IMG/VR virus record: IMGVR_UViG_3300016464_000084
Coordinates: 1-29,871 of that record
Length of the DNA stretch: 29,871 bases
From: a virus
Lineage: Duplodnaviria > Caudoviricetes
Reading direction: 5' to 3' (one strand)
How positions within the stretch are numbered: the first letter of the stretch is position 1; each line of letters begins with the position of its first letter. Positions 18,126-26,910 of this stretch are shown one piece after another. A program made the position numbers and the translations under genes. The notes under the pieces were generated by a model. It had not been told where the DNA came from. It ran no database searches and worked only from the letters and a program-made list of their open reading frames with translations.

Positions 18126-18434
18126 TCAGCCATAGAACAGGGTGATAGACGCAGTGTTAACCACTGTACCGTAGAGTCCGTTCTCTGCCAGGATGCCCTG
18201 ATCGGGGACCAAAATCCAGGAAGTGCCAGCATTCGCTGCCGTCGGAGTGTTAATGGTAATCAGCGTGTCGCCGCCGTCCCCATCCGTAATAACGACAGAG
18301 CCGACACTTGCTCCGCTCACGCAGTAGATGCCCTTGATACGGGTGCGGAAGGCGCAGTCAACGTCGCTTTGGGTCTTAAACGAACCCGTACTCGTCAACG
18401 GCTTCGTTGTTTTTACGTCAGTTTGCATTGCCAT
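18126..18434 (-). CDS. Small beta-rich virion protein
   Basis: 102 aa; MQTDVK..RTRIKG..VPDQGIL..G.Y..TLFYG; GGAGA upstream. Confidence 0.75.
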   Translation of the reverse strand: MAMQTDVKTTKPLTSTGSFKTQSDVDCAFRTRIKGIYCVSGASVGSVVITDGDGGDTLITINTPTAANAGTSWILVPDQGILAENGLYGTVVNTASITLFYG

Positions 18435-18591
18435 CGGCGTTCTCTCCGGCTACCTGCTCCTCACCAAACTTGGTGAGGAGCATCCGATAAGCATCAATCA
18501 CAGCCTGGGCTCGGATAGAGAAGGTACGTGCCTTATCCAACTCTGCCTCAAGGTCTCGAATCTCAGCTTCGAGAAATTCCTTGGTAACCAT
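18418..18591 (-). CDS. Small coiled-coil protein, 57 aa (not in track)
   Basis: MVTKEFLEAEIRDLEAELDKARTFSIRAQAVIDAYRMLLTKFGEEQVAGENADGNAN; ATG 2 nt after the upstream stop. Confidence 0.7.
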   Translation of the reverse strand: MVTKEFLEAEIRDLEAELDKARTFSIRAQAVIDAYRMLLTKFGEEQVAGENADGNAN

Positions 18592-18593
18592 GA

Positions 18594-19190
18594 TTACGCC
18601 GTGGTCGACACCAGGATATAGTAGACCGTCCCGTTATCGCCATAAACCGGCATCGTGTGCGTAACCGACGGAGAACCAACCACCGTACGGAGAACACCAC
18701 CAGCAGCCGGAGCCGGAACACGGAGCAGATTCGGGAAAATCTTGGTGTTCGTGTTCGTGATGCGGATCGCCGCAGCACTGGCCGGGACCGTACCGGTATT
18801 GTCGAAGTCCGAGTCAACCTGAATGGCCGCAATCGTACCGCCCGGATTGGCCGAAGCGCCAATGCCCAGGGTCGCGCGCAGCGCATTACCCGCACCCGAA
18901 ATGGTGCCGGGAGAGTTAATCGACATCGAAATGTGCGCGCCGTTGATGGTGCCACCAGCCGCAGCCCCCACACCCGTCACAACGCTGAACGCACGGAGCG
19001 TCTCACCCGAACCAGTCGAGGTGAAGGTCAGCTTGGAGTAGTTGAGGCGCGTGTCACCGGAGGTCGCCGACGTGGTACCATACGAGCTGGAAATATTACC
19101 AGCCGAGGTAACCGCAATCGGATCCGACGAAGTACCGCCGATGAAGCCGTTCTGCGAGGCAACCGGACCCGAAAACGTAGTCTGACCCAT
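18594..19190 (-). CDS. Putative head fibre/decoration protein
   Basis: 198 aa G/T/A/S-rich; MGQTTFSGPVASQNGF N-terminus; GGAG 7 nt upstream. Confidence 0.75.
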   Translation of the reverse strand: MGQTTFSGPVASQNGFIGGTSSDPIAVTSAGNISSSYGTTSATSGDTRLNYSKLTFTSTGSGETLRAFSVVTGVGAAAGGTINGAHISMSINSPGTISGAGNALRATLGIGASANPGGTIAAIQVDSDFDNTGTVPASAAAIRITNTNTKIFPNLLRVPAPAAGGVLRTVVGSPSVTHTMPVYGDNGTVYYILVSTTA

Positions 19191-19197
19191 GGTCTAT

Positions 19198-19280
19198 CTC
19201 CGTGTAGTAGCACATCCCTCGTACCGTCTCTACTACGTCTGCTAGGCCAGTCGGTACGAGATATTCACCTAGAAACCTAG
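19198..19280 (-). ncRNA. Candidate structured leader RNA (kissing-loop/double pseudoknot), family not recognised
   Basis: Three perfect interleaved complementary pairs (5, 9, 7 bp) within about 70 nt immediately 5' of the RBS. Confidence 0.6.
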
Positions 19281-19336
19281 ATGTATCATCCACTACAATA
19301 GAATAAAAGCAGATTATCGCTGAATAGAGGGAAATT

Positions 19337-19750
19337 ATGTACTCTGAAGATTTGCTGCTTTCGGAACTTGAACGTGACGAAGGCGTCCGACTTAAGCCCT
19401 ATCTCGACACGGAAGGAAAGTTGACCATCGGGATTGGACGTAATCTTGATGATGTCGGCATCGATGCCGAAGAGGCTCTATACCTGTGTCGTAGGGATAT
19501 CCGACGAGCCGAATCCGGATTGACCACCGTAATCCCATACTGGCGAGGGCTGTCAGACGCGCGACAGCGGGTACTTATCAATATGTGCTTCAATATGGGA
19601 CCGACACGTTTGGCCGGTTTCAAGAATATGATTGCCGCCATAAAAAATAATAGTTTTGAGGAAGCAGCTAAAGAAATGCTTAATAGTAAGTGGGCTACAC
19701 AAGTTGGCGATAGGGCCAAAAGACTAAGTGAAATGATGCGGAGAGGCTAA
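19337..19750 (+). CDS. Endolysin, GH24 (T4-lysozyme-like) muramidase
   Basis: DEGVRLKPYLDTEGKLTIGIGRNL (E-x8-D-x5-T triad), NMCFNMG, AAKEMLNSKWATQVGDRA; AGAGGG upstream. Confidence 0.92.
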   Translation: MYSEDLLLSELERDEGVRLKPYLDTEGKLTIGIGRNLDDVGIDAEEALYLCRRDIRRAESGLTTVIPYWRGLSDARQRVLINMCFNMGPTRLAGFKNMIAAIKNNSFEEAAKEMLNSKWATQVGDRAKRLSEMMRRG

Positions 19751-20151
19751 TGTTTGCAGCGCTATTGCCGGTGCTTGGCGGTCTATTTCAGACGGTAGCG
19801 AATAATCTGTTTCCGGACCCCAAAGACGAACTTCAGCGTATGAAAATGCAGCAAGAGCTGCAACTTGCTTTGATGCAACAGTCGGCGGCTATTGAGCAGG
19901 CGGCAGCAAATATCGTCAATACTGAGGCCGGATCGTCACACTGGCTAGCGGCAAACTGGCGCCCAATCACCATGCTTACGTTCTTAGCCCTTATTGTGGC
20001 TAGGTTTTTTGGTTGGACGGCGCCTAATATTTCTGAGCCTGAGTATATCAAACTGTGGGAACTGGTTCAGATTGGACTAGGCGGATACGTGGTAGGCCGG
20101 TCAGTCGAGAAGATTGCTCCCGCGATTGCGGATGTGTTGAAGAAAAAGTAG
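19750..20151 (+). CDS. Holin (GTA 3TM-holin-like)
   Basis: EAGSSHWLAANWRP, hydrophobic segments, LGGYVVGRSVEK; TAATG overlap with lysozyme. Confidence 0.85.
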   Translation: MFAALLPVLGGLFQTVANNLFPDPKDELQRMKMQQELQLALMQQSAAIEQAAANIVNTEAGSSHWLAANWRPITMLTFLALIVARFFGWTAPNISEPEYIKLWELVQIGLGGYVVGRSVEKIAPAIADVLKKK

Positions 20152-20170
20152 CGATATAAGCCTTATAACG

Positions 20171-20200
20171 AAAAAACCCCCGGATTTCTCCGGGGGTTCT
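20171..20200 (-). terminator. Intrinsic terminator after the capsid gene, probably bidirectional
   Basis: Stem AACCCCCGGA/TCCGGGGGTT (20175-20198), GAAA loop and U6 tail on minus strand; lies between convergent holin and capsid genes. Confidence 0.9.
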
Positions 20201-20226
20201 CTAAACCCTTGAATATCAAGAGTTTA

Positions 20227-21138
20227 TTACGGAGCACCGGCAGAGCCGTACATGCCCAGGGGATCAGACCAGCCGAACGAATAACGTTCGCGCGCCTTAT
20301 AACGGACGTTACCGGTATCGAAGTCACCATCCATCGAGTTCTGCATCGGAGAACGGACGAAGTGCTTCAGACCGTTCGGCACATCGGTGGTCAGGAACCA
20401 CGCATCCGTGTCGGTCAAGAAGTGGTTGATGGTGTAGCCTTCCGGAATCGAGCCGTTAGACTTCAGCGCGTTGATGTCGTTGTCGGCAGTCGACACCCGG
20501 AGTTCAGTCTCCAGCAGGCGAGTCGCAACGAACATCAGGCTCGGCGGAACCACCAGCTTACGCGGCTTCGCCGCAATCAGCAGGCCACGTTCATCCGTCC
20601 AACCCGCAATCTGAATGACGGCCGCCTCGAGGGAGGTTTCGTTCAGATCGGCCGGGGTGGCCGGGATGTTCGAGTTGGTACCGCCGGAGACCAGCGGATG
20701 CGAGGCCGAGAACAGCGGCTGACCATCGCCACCGGGATAATCGGTGTCGAAGCCGTTATTCAGGATCGCAGCACCCTTGGTCTGCTTGGTGTAAGCCATG
20801 GCGCGGGCCAGGGCCTTCGTATAACGCGACGACAGCGAGTCGTACAGGTTATCCTCAATCGCCTCTTCCGTGAGCGAGAACCCGAGGGCAATCGTCTCAT
20901 GGTTATAGCGGGCGGTGAAGACTTCCTGCGCGTTATCGTAGGCGATAGCAGAACCTTCGTTCTTAACCGGGGCCGCCGAGAAGCCGGACAGCTTGGTCTC
21001 TTCTTCGAACGAACGCTCAGAGGTCTCCGTATCGAAGATCTCCTTATGCTCCTCACCATAGCGGGCGTATTCGAGGCCGAACAAGGCGTTCAGACCCGGC
21101 AGAAGCTCCTTAAGAAGCTGTGCGCGTGAAATTGCCAT
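20227..21138 (-). CDS. Major capsid protein (HK97-fold expected)
   Basis: 303 aa; MAISRAQLLKELLPGLNALFGLEY, SERSFEEE, ETIALGF..TEEAIEDNLY, DFDTGNVRYKARERYSFG; strong codon bias, GGAGA RBS, followed by terminator. Confidence 0.9.
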   Translation of the reverse strand: MAISRAQLLKELLPGLNALFGLEYARYGEEHKEIFDTETSERSFEEETKLSGFSAAPVKNEGSAIAYDNAQEVFTARYNHETIALGFSLTEEAIEDNLYDSLSSRYTKALARAMAYTKQTKGAAILNNGFDTDYPGGDGQPLFSASHPLVSGGTNSNIPATPADLNETSLEAAVIQIAGWTDERGLLIAAKPRKLVVPPSLMFVATRLLETELRVSTADNDINALKSNGSIPEGYTINHFLTDTDAWFLTTDVPNGLKHFVRSPMQNSMDGDFDTGNVRYKARERYSFGWSDPLGMYGSAGAP

Positions 21139-21150
21139 TGTTCAATCTCC

Positions 21151-21768
21151 TTACGACAGGCCAGTGGCGTTGTAATACTGGTGCGTGCCCTGGTTCCACT
21201 TGACGATAACCTCGGTGTAGGAACCGGGATTACCCGCCAGAGCAGTCTCAGGAACAACATCCACCACACGGATCGGCCACGTAGACGTGGTGCCCTCGGT
21301 CGAATCGACGCCGACCTTGGAGTTACCGGTGATGGTCGAACCGACGTTGTTAGCGCCGTTCGCCAGCTTGAAGTTCGAACCGACGGCAGCCTGGGTCACA
21401 TAGCTGACGGTGTTCGAGTTGGTGCCAGCACACACCGCAACCTTGAACAGCGCATCCGGATCGTCGAGGACATAAGCCTGGATGTCGGTGATGTTCGTGG
21501 TGCCGGGGTAATACTGCCGGAAAGCCTTGCCGTAGGTGGGATCCGTATAGGTGCACCCAAGGAAAACGCCAACCGGGGTAGCAGCGTCGGTACCGGTGTC
21601 ACGGCCGACCGTGCCGCCAGCGAGCAACTTCACGACGTCACCGTAGTAGATGGCCGTCGAAGAATTGGTCGCAATCGGCAGGAGACGGGTAGAACCGGCA
21701 AAAACCTGCCCGCCGATCAAATTGATCGGCACAAGCCCGTAAGGGCTAGTAACAGAAGGATATGCCAT
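21151..21768 (-). CDS. Putative capsid cement/decoration protein
   Basis: 205 aa just upstream of capsid gene; PYGL.P, I..GD.V, GVFLGC.Y, V.DDP..LF. Confidence 0.7.
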   Translation of the reverse strand: MAYPSVTSPYGLVPINLIGGQVFAGSTRLLPIATNSSTAIYYGDVVKLLAGGTVGRDTGTDAATPVGVFLGCTYTDPTYGKAFRQYYPGTTNITDIQAYVLDDPDALFKVAVCAGTNSNTVSYVTQAAVGSNFKLANGANNVGSTITGNSKVGVDSTEGTTSTWPIRVVDVVPETALAGNPGSYTEVIVKWNQGTHQYYNATGLS

Positions 21769-21782
21769 AGTTGACTCCTAGA

Positions 21783-22268
21783 TTATCGGCCGGAGCCGAA
21801 AGAGGTAGTGGATCGCCGCTCCTTGAAGAGCGGCATACGAGCATCGCTTTCCCGCATGAAATTGTTATCCACAGACTCCATCTGAGACCTGTTTTTTGCA
21901 GCGAAATAAGCCTTCCGCTGCTCCATGAGTTCCCGGGGGGCCTTGCAGAGCAACAAACCTGCGACTTCGACGTTGTCTTTGAAGCGGCTATTCGGGTCGA
22001 CCATCATCCGGAACTTAGGCTGCTCCTCGATACGAACCGGCTCCCAGCCTTCCCGGAGCTTGGCCGAGATATTGCGAGGGTCGTTCTGATTGAGCGTAGA
22101 CACGCGAACCCAGCGGTACACGTATCCTTCCTGCTTATCCGGTTCCGGCAGCGTCGATGCGGGCTGCCAAACCTTCGGACGTTCCGTCTGCTCCCGGGTC
22201 TCACGCGGAGCACGCTCCGCGCCGGTGGGAGAAGCCTTCATTTCATCCATAACCGAGGTACGAGTCAT
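21783..22268 (-). CDS. Conserved head-module protein
   Basis: 161 aa; W.PAS.LP.P..GYVYRWVR..N...KLREGWEPV..GLLLCK. Confidence 0.75.
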   Translation of the reverse strand: MTRTSVMDEMKASPTGAERAPRETREQTERPKVWQPASTLPEPDKQEGYVYRWVRVSTLNQNDPRNISAKLREGWEPVRIEEQPKFRMMVDPNSRFKDNVEVAGLLLCKAPRELMEQRKAYFAAKNRSQMESVDNNFMRESDARMPLFKERRSTTSFGSGR

Positions 22269-22269
22269 T

Positions 22270-23211
22270 TTAGCCTTCCATCTTCATGAGTTCGCGAGCG
22301 TACTGCTCGGGGGTAAGTCCCAGACGTTGCGCAATGGCAAGCTGTGACTGCTTAAGCACGATCTTTTTGGAGGATCGGCTTCTCGAAGCTGGAGCGACGA
22401 CCGTAGCAGGCTTGGATTCACGAGGTGCTGGTCTGCTAGATGCCACTTCATCCCCGAAGTAATCGGGGAATCGCCGACGCATCGTTTTGTCGATTGCGTC
22501 CCAGTATTCGTCGGAGCCAGCATATTGCGGCCCACGTTCTTGTACGAGCTTCTGGTGAAGCCCAAGAGCAGAAGCAGTCATCTCCGGATCGTTTCCCCAC
22601 CACTTATTGCGCTCTTGCCACGCAATAGTCTTAGGGTCCAGTCGCGGAGCTTGAACCTGCTGTGTCTCCTCTACTACACCGTCTTCGTTATCCTGTAAAG
22701 TAGGTTTATAGGCAGTGATTTGCTGGAGCTTGTAAGTAGCCTCATTCAATTTTCGCTGAGTTTCGACGATCTTGTCAGTATCGGCAGCCTCGTATGCTTC
22801 GCGGAAAGCCCGTTCTGCATCGCGAACTTCAAATTCAGCATTCTGTTTAACGCTGTTAATAAGGGTGTTTTCTCCTTGGGACAGCGTCCGCTTCAGGCGT
22901 TTATTCTCCTCCATGATGCGCTGCACCACGGAAAGGGCCTCGGCCTTCTCTCGAGCCTCGCGTTCCTTCTCGCGCCGCTCGTCGTGCCAGACCTTTTTCA
23001 TCTGCTTGAGGCGAATCTTGACTTTCTCGGAGTAGCTATCGAGTTCGTCGTTCTCCAGCTCTTGCACAATCTCTTTGGGGAGCGGTTCCCGACCACGGTC
23101 TTCCGGAGGAGTGTCATCCTCTACGACAAGCTCAGGCTTCTCGCCTTCGGCAATGACGTCGGGGCTCTCAATCTCAAACTCAATCTTATCGTCTTCGGGC
23201 TTATCAGCCAT
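22270..23211 (-). CDS. Putative scaffolding protein
   Basis: 313 aa; acidic N-terminus, long coiled coil, W..RN.WWG, C-terminal IAQRLGLTPEQYA; between portal and capsid. Confidence 0.75.
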   Translation of the reverse strand: MADKPEDDKIEFEIESPDVIAEGEKPELVVEDDTPPEDRGREPLPKEIVQELENDELDSYSEKVKIRLKQMKKVWHDERREKEREAREKAEALSVVQRIMEENKRLKRTLSQGENTLINSVKQNAEFEVRDAERAFREAYEAADTDKIVETQRKLNEATYKLQQITAYKPTLQDNEDGVVEETQQVQAPRLDPKTIAWQERNKWWGNDPEMTASALGLHQKLVQERGPQYAGSDEYWDAIDKTMRRRFPDYFGDEVASSRPAPRESKPATVVAPASRSRSSKKIVLKQSQLAIAQRLGLTPEQYARELMKMEG

Positions 23212-23246
23212 TTTCCCATATCCTTCTGTACGAGAGTTACTCGTTT

Positions 23247-23690
23247 TTACGCACGGCTAATGCCGCGAGGGTCTTCAACAACAGCCTCGACGCTGTCATC
23301 GTTGATAAGGCGGAACTCGCGCCCGTGAATCTTCACGCGGCTGCCAGCCATCGGGCGGGTAAGGATAAAGTCCCCTTCCTTGCACCAAGGGCCGGACGGG
23401 AAGCGCTTTTTGTCCTTAAAAGCATCAGGGCCGAGTTTAACGACGAACAACACCGGGGTAGTAAGTTCCTCGAACTGCATAGTAAGGTCTGCCTTATAGA
23501 CCCCGCCTTCAGTCCGATCTTCGGTCTCCGGGAGCGCACAAAGAATGCGGTATCCCGACGGTTCAGGAAGCTGCCTTGCTTTCCGTTCGGCCGTATTGGG
23601 AAGCTCCGTCGCTTCACCAAGTTTCTTAACGTCAGTTGCTAAAAACAAACTAGAACCATCAGGCAGAGTCTTGTCCTCTGTATTAGTCAT
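23247..23690 (-). CDS. groES: GroES/Cpn10-like co-chaperonin
   Basis: PSGYRIL..TEGGV..VVKLGPDAF..PWCKEGDFIL..GSRVKIHGREFRLINDDSVEAVV. Confidence 0.85.
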   Translation of the reverse strand: MTNTEDKTLPDGSSLFLATDVKKLGEATELPNTAERKARQLPEPSGYRILCALPETEDRTEGGVYKADLTMQFEELTTPVLFVVKLGPDAFKDKKRFPSGPWCKEGDFILTRPMAGSRVKIHGREFRLINDDSVEAVVEDPRGISRA

Positions 23691-23871
23691 TGTCTCTTTC
23701 CAGTTGTTCTGCGGTTTCCATGATTAGGTTATTCGCTGTGAGCAAACCGCGATAAACCCCACAAGCAAATTTGTATGCACCAAAGTCCGAAGCTTTACCC
23801 ATGGCCATATCTTCTTCAATAACCTTGAGTTCTGTTTGGATCTTCTTTGACAGGTGCTGAAGGATGTCCAT
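23683..23871 (-). CDS. Small helical protein
   Basis: 62 aa, YKFACGVYRGL; overlaps both neighbours. Confidence 0.75.
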   Translation of the reverse strand: MDILQHLSKKIQTELKVIEEDMAMGKASDFGAYKFACGVYRGLLTANNLIMETAEQLERDND

Positions 23872-26453
23872 TATTCACTTGCTCCGGTTGGAGTTTCACT
23901 TTGTTGCGCAGCCTGCTGGGCTTGCGCCATTTGGGCGATTTTAAGTGCGTGATCGGCTTGCGCCATTTGGGCGATTTTAAGTGCGTGATCGGCTTGTGTA
24001 CTCCGCACGTTGTGTGCCGCCTCATGGTTTTCCTTGGCGACTTGTACCCCGATGCGCAGCCCCTCAAGCTGCTGTTTTGCCGACAATCCTGCCCTATCGG
24101 TAGCAACTCTGGCCCCGACTTGCAGGCCGGCAATGCGCTCCTGAGCAGCGATGCGTTCTTTCTCGACGTCAATCCGGTCGTTGGCTTCGGCGGCATCAAT
24201 GAGGAGCTTTTTCTCCTTCATTTCCAACTCTTTAGCCTTCAGTTGCAGCTCCATTTGCTGCATCTGCACGATGGGGTCTTGTGCTGCTTGCTGTGCCTGT
24301 TGCTGCGCAGCCTCAGCTTGATCTTTCTGTAAGAGTTGCTTAGCAGCAGCGGCAGCGAGGCGGGAGACTGCCACTTCGGTATCCGAGTCCATTTCTGCAT
24401 CCGGAGAAGGCAGGGGAACACCAGCTTGCTGCTCGATTTGCCGCCTGTATTCAAAGGCAACATGCTCCTGGATGTGAGCCGCCGCAGCGGCCATAATAGA
24501 CTGCGCGTTCGGATTCTGCCCTATCAACTGAGCAATCTTGGGATCCTGCATCGCGCTCATGTGCACCGTGATGTGTGCTTCATGGTCTTGCGTAATGAAT
24601 GCTTTGACGGGTTTGCCGTTCATCAGGTCCATATTTTCCGCGACCGGGTCTCGCGGCTTCATGTCGTCTCCGTCCTTCAACGGAACGAGTTTCTGGGCGT
24701 TCTTGATTCCCAAAACTTCGAGCATCTGCCGGTGAAGATACGGCAGGTCATAAATCTGCGGCGCCGTCTGAGCTAACTGGATAACCGCCTGATATTGGAC
24801 GATTTTCTGCGCCATCGTCGCAGCGTTGGGATCACTGACCGGAATGACGTCGACGCTGTCATAGTCGCTACGCCGGGCAGAGCGAGACCCTTCTTCCGGC
24901 TCATAGCTGTACTCGGCCGGGGCATAAGCTGCGATGATCCCCTTGAGAAGCCGGAACTCCTGCCGCATCGAATAGTGAATGCGGGACTGAACCGCCGACA
25001 TGAGTTTGAGGGTGCGCTCGAGAATAGCCAGCGTCGTGCCCACAGGGGCTTGAGCCGACATATCGGAGACTTGCAGATCGGCTGCACCGGCAAACTTGCG
25101 CCCCTCTTCCACAATAGTCTGGAGGAGCGTGTAGAGAACCTGACTCGGCTCCTTGTAGGGCAGCGGCATGATATTGTCGCGCATCGAACCCGATGCCACG
25201 TCGACGTCGCGCCATTCCGCCGGAGCGATGGGGGTGTCATCACCCTTGACCCGAAGCCCTCGAGTCTTGAACCCGCCGGGCAGATTGCTCAGCGTGCCGG
25301 CATCAACTAACTGCCGGATAATGGACGTACCGGACTTGGCAAAAGCGCCGATAAGATGAATCAAGCCGAAGGCGTAAAAGCCGAAGGCCGGTACGTAGCT
25401 GTAATGGACGAAGTGGTTGCGCTTCTTCTTGTTATCGTCCTCGGGATCCCAATTGCGGCGAACCGCAAGCACCGTCTGACTATTCTTGTCGATGGTGACG
25501 ATATAAGGAACAGCGATGCCAGCCTTAGCTTCTTCCTTGGCAAACTTGTCGTCTTCAATGACAAGATCGACCTGCATTTCAAGGAGCTTATAGCGATCAT
25601 CCGAGGTGGCCCGAAAGCCCATCTTCTCGGCAATCTTCTTCTCGACATCGTCCAGAATGTTGGTAGGCGGCGGAAGCTCGACGTCTCGGTAGAATCCAGA
25701 AACCTGTAGCTTCTTCAACTCGTTAGTAGTCTTACGCATAATATGCGTAATGCGCTCTGCGGTCTCCAGGTTAGAAGCACCATAGGGAACCACAGCATCT
25801 TCAGCCGGCACAAACATAGAGACTTGCCGGCCCAGGTTTGGATCGAAGTAGACCTTCTTGAAGGCATTGCCCGCCAGACCGAGACCCCACAGCATCCGCT
25901 CATGTTCCGGACGGTACTCGACCATCCGCTCGGTCAACTGGTAGTTCATATCCTCTTGGACGCGCGTCGCCGCGTCACGCTTCTCTGGCGTCTCCTTGCC
26001 GATAATCTGAGTTTTAACTGGACCTTGCGCCGGGAAGGTCTCCATCATGGTCTCGGCCTGGAATTTAACCAGCGCCTCGGACAGCAGGGGATGATAGACA
26101 CCGCAAGCCCCCGGCCAGGGCTCCGTCCGGTCTTCGACCTTCATTCCAAGGAGCTCGAGACCCTCGACGTAAGTCTGCATCCAGTCCTTACGCGAGGCGA
26201 TGTCATCTTCGTAGTCGCTGAGCAGGTCGCCGGCCAGTTGATTCAGCCGATCTTCACCAAGCTCTTCGGCAAGATTGACATTAAACTCGTCATCCTCACC
26301 CCCATCCGGCTCAATCTCAACCTCCAACCCGTCAGTGCGCAGCGTCACACTCTCGGGATCCTCGATCTCAATCTCAATGTCGGGCTCTTGAGAAAGCAAA
26401 TCTTGTGGATTAAGCCCGCGCGGAGCTTGGCTGAGCGACTTGTCGATGGCCAT
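23871..26453 (-). CDS. Portal protein
   Basis: 860 aa after terL; SRKDW..GLELLG, PWPGACGVYHPLL.EA, FKKVYFD, RQLVDAGTLSNLPGGFK, Q/A-rich C-terminal coiled coil. Confidence 0.88.
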   Translation of the reverse strand: MAIDKSLSQAPRGLNPQDLLSQEPDIEIEIEDPESVTLRTDGLEVEIEPDGGEDDEFNVNLAEELGEDRLNQLAGDLLSDYEDDIASRKDWMQTYVEGLELLGMKVEDRTEPWPGACGVYHPLLSEALVKFQAETMMETFPAQGPVKTQIIGKETPEKRDAATRVQEDMNYQLTERMVEYRPEHERMLWGLGLAGNAFKKVYFDPNLGRQVSMFVPAEDAVVPYGASNLETAERITHIMRKTTNELKKLQVSGFYRDVELPPPTNILDDVEKKIAEKMGFRATSDDRYKLLEMQVDLVIEDDKFAKEEAKAGIAVPYIVTIDKNSQTVLAVRRNWDPEDDNKKKRNHFVHYSYVPAFGFYAFGLIHLIGAFAKSGTSIIRQLVDAGTLSNLPGGFKTRGLRVKGDDTPIAPAEWRDVDVASGSMRDNIMPLPYKEPSQVLYTLLQTIVEEGRKFAGAADLQVSDMSAQAPVGTTLAILERTLKLMSAVQSRIHYSMRQEFRLLKGIIAAYAPAEYSYEPEEGSRSARRSDYDSVDVIPVSDPNAATMAQKIVQYQAVIQLAQTAPQIYDLPYLHRQMLEVLGIKNAQKLVPLKDGDDMKPRDPVAENMDLMNGKPVKAFITQDHEAHITVHMSAMQDPKIAQLIGQNPNAQSIMAAAAAHIQEHVAFEYRRQIEQQAGVPLPSPDAEMDSDTEVAVSRLAAAAAKQLLQKDQAEAAQQQAQQAAQDPIVQMQQMELQLKAKELEMKEKKLLIDAAEANDRIDVEKERIAAQERIAGLQVGARVATDRAGLSAKQQLEGLRIGVQVAKENHEAAHNVRSTQADHALKIAQMAQADHALKIAQMAQAQQAAQQSETPTGASE
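23919..23996. repeat. 36-bp in-frame tandem duplication in portal C-terminus (QADHALKIAQMA x2)
   Basis: GGCTTGCGCCATTTGGGCGATTTTAAGTGCGTGATC exact at 23919 and 23955. Confidence 0.95.
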
Positions 26454-26478
26454 AATGCCGGTATCCTTCAGCTAACAG

Positions 26479-26910
26479 TTATAAACCCATATCCCGCATC
26501 CATCGGGCGACCTTGAATACATCCTCGGCGGTATATGCGTTTTTAATAACATTTGCCTTCATAGAGATAACACAGAGGTTTTCTAATACATAACCTTTAG
26601 AGGAATCCAGCCGATCCACAGACGGACTGTTCGAACTTTGCCGTTTGCTGTCGATGAACTGGAACTCTATACCGAACACTGGGCACGTATCTGGCGTTAT
26701 GGCCTCTAATTGCTGGGCGGTTACTTCGAACGACATCGACTTCCGAATTGCGCGCTTACGCATTGAACTCACAGCATAAGTGCACCACGCCCACTTGGGG
26801 TTGCTCTCTTTCCAGCGGCGCTTTGCAGCCCGCCCTCCGGGCGAGGAATTCCAGCGAGCTGCGGCTCGCTTCCGAGACTCTATTCTTTCCGCCTGCGTGG
26901 ATTTTTTCAT
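26479..26910 (-). CDS. Free-standing HNH-like (beta-beta-alpha) endonuclease
   Basis: CPVFG..SPSVDRLDSSKGY..EN..VIS.KAN.IKN; basic N-terminus. Confidence 0.8.
   Translation of the reverse strand: MKKSTQAERIESRKRAAARWNSSPGGRAAKRRWKESNPKWAWCTYAVSSMRKRAIRKSMSFEVTAQQLEAITPDTCPVFGIEFQFIDSKRQSSNSPSVDRLDSSKGYVLENLCVISMKANVIKNAYTAEDVFKVARWMRDMGL

Noticed and set aside
19198-19280. ZTP riboswitch or HDV-like/twister/pistol ribozyme assignment
   Set aside because: GACUGGC resembles the ZTP 5' segment but the 3' CGCCUGGG element is absent; helix order A-B-A'-C-B'-C' does not match those ribozymes as I recall them
19281-19336. Explicit sigma70 promoter calls
   Set aside because: Only a lone TACAAT on the plus strand and no well-spaced -35 on either strand; not supportable as a feature
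20209-21129. 306-aa plus-strand ORF antisense to the capsid gene (also 978-2243, 15253-15984, 18657-19280, 21181-21774, 25743-26516)
   Set aside because: Shadow ORFs expected from GC-rich codon bias of the real minus-strand genes; no recognisable motifs
23229-23248. ACGAG-agtta-CTCGT hairpin between groES and scaffold
   Set aside because: Only 5 bp and the T-run is on the non-coding strand; too weak to call a terminator
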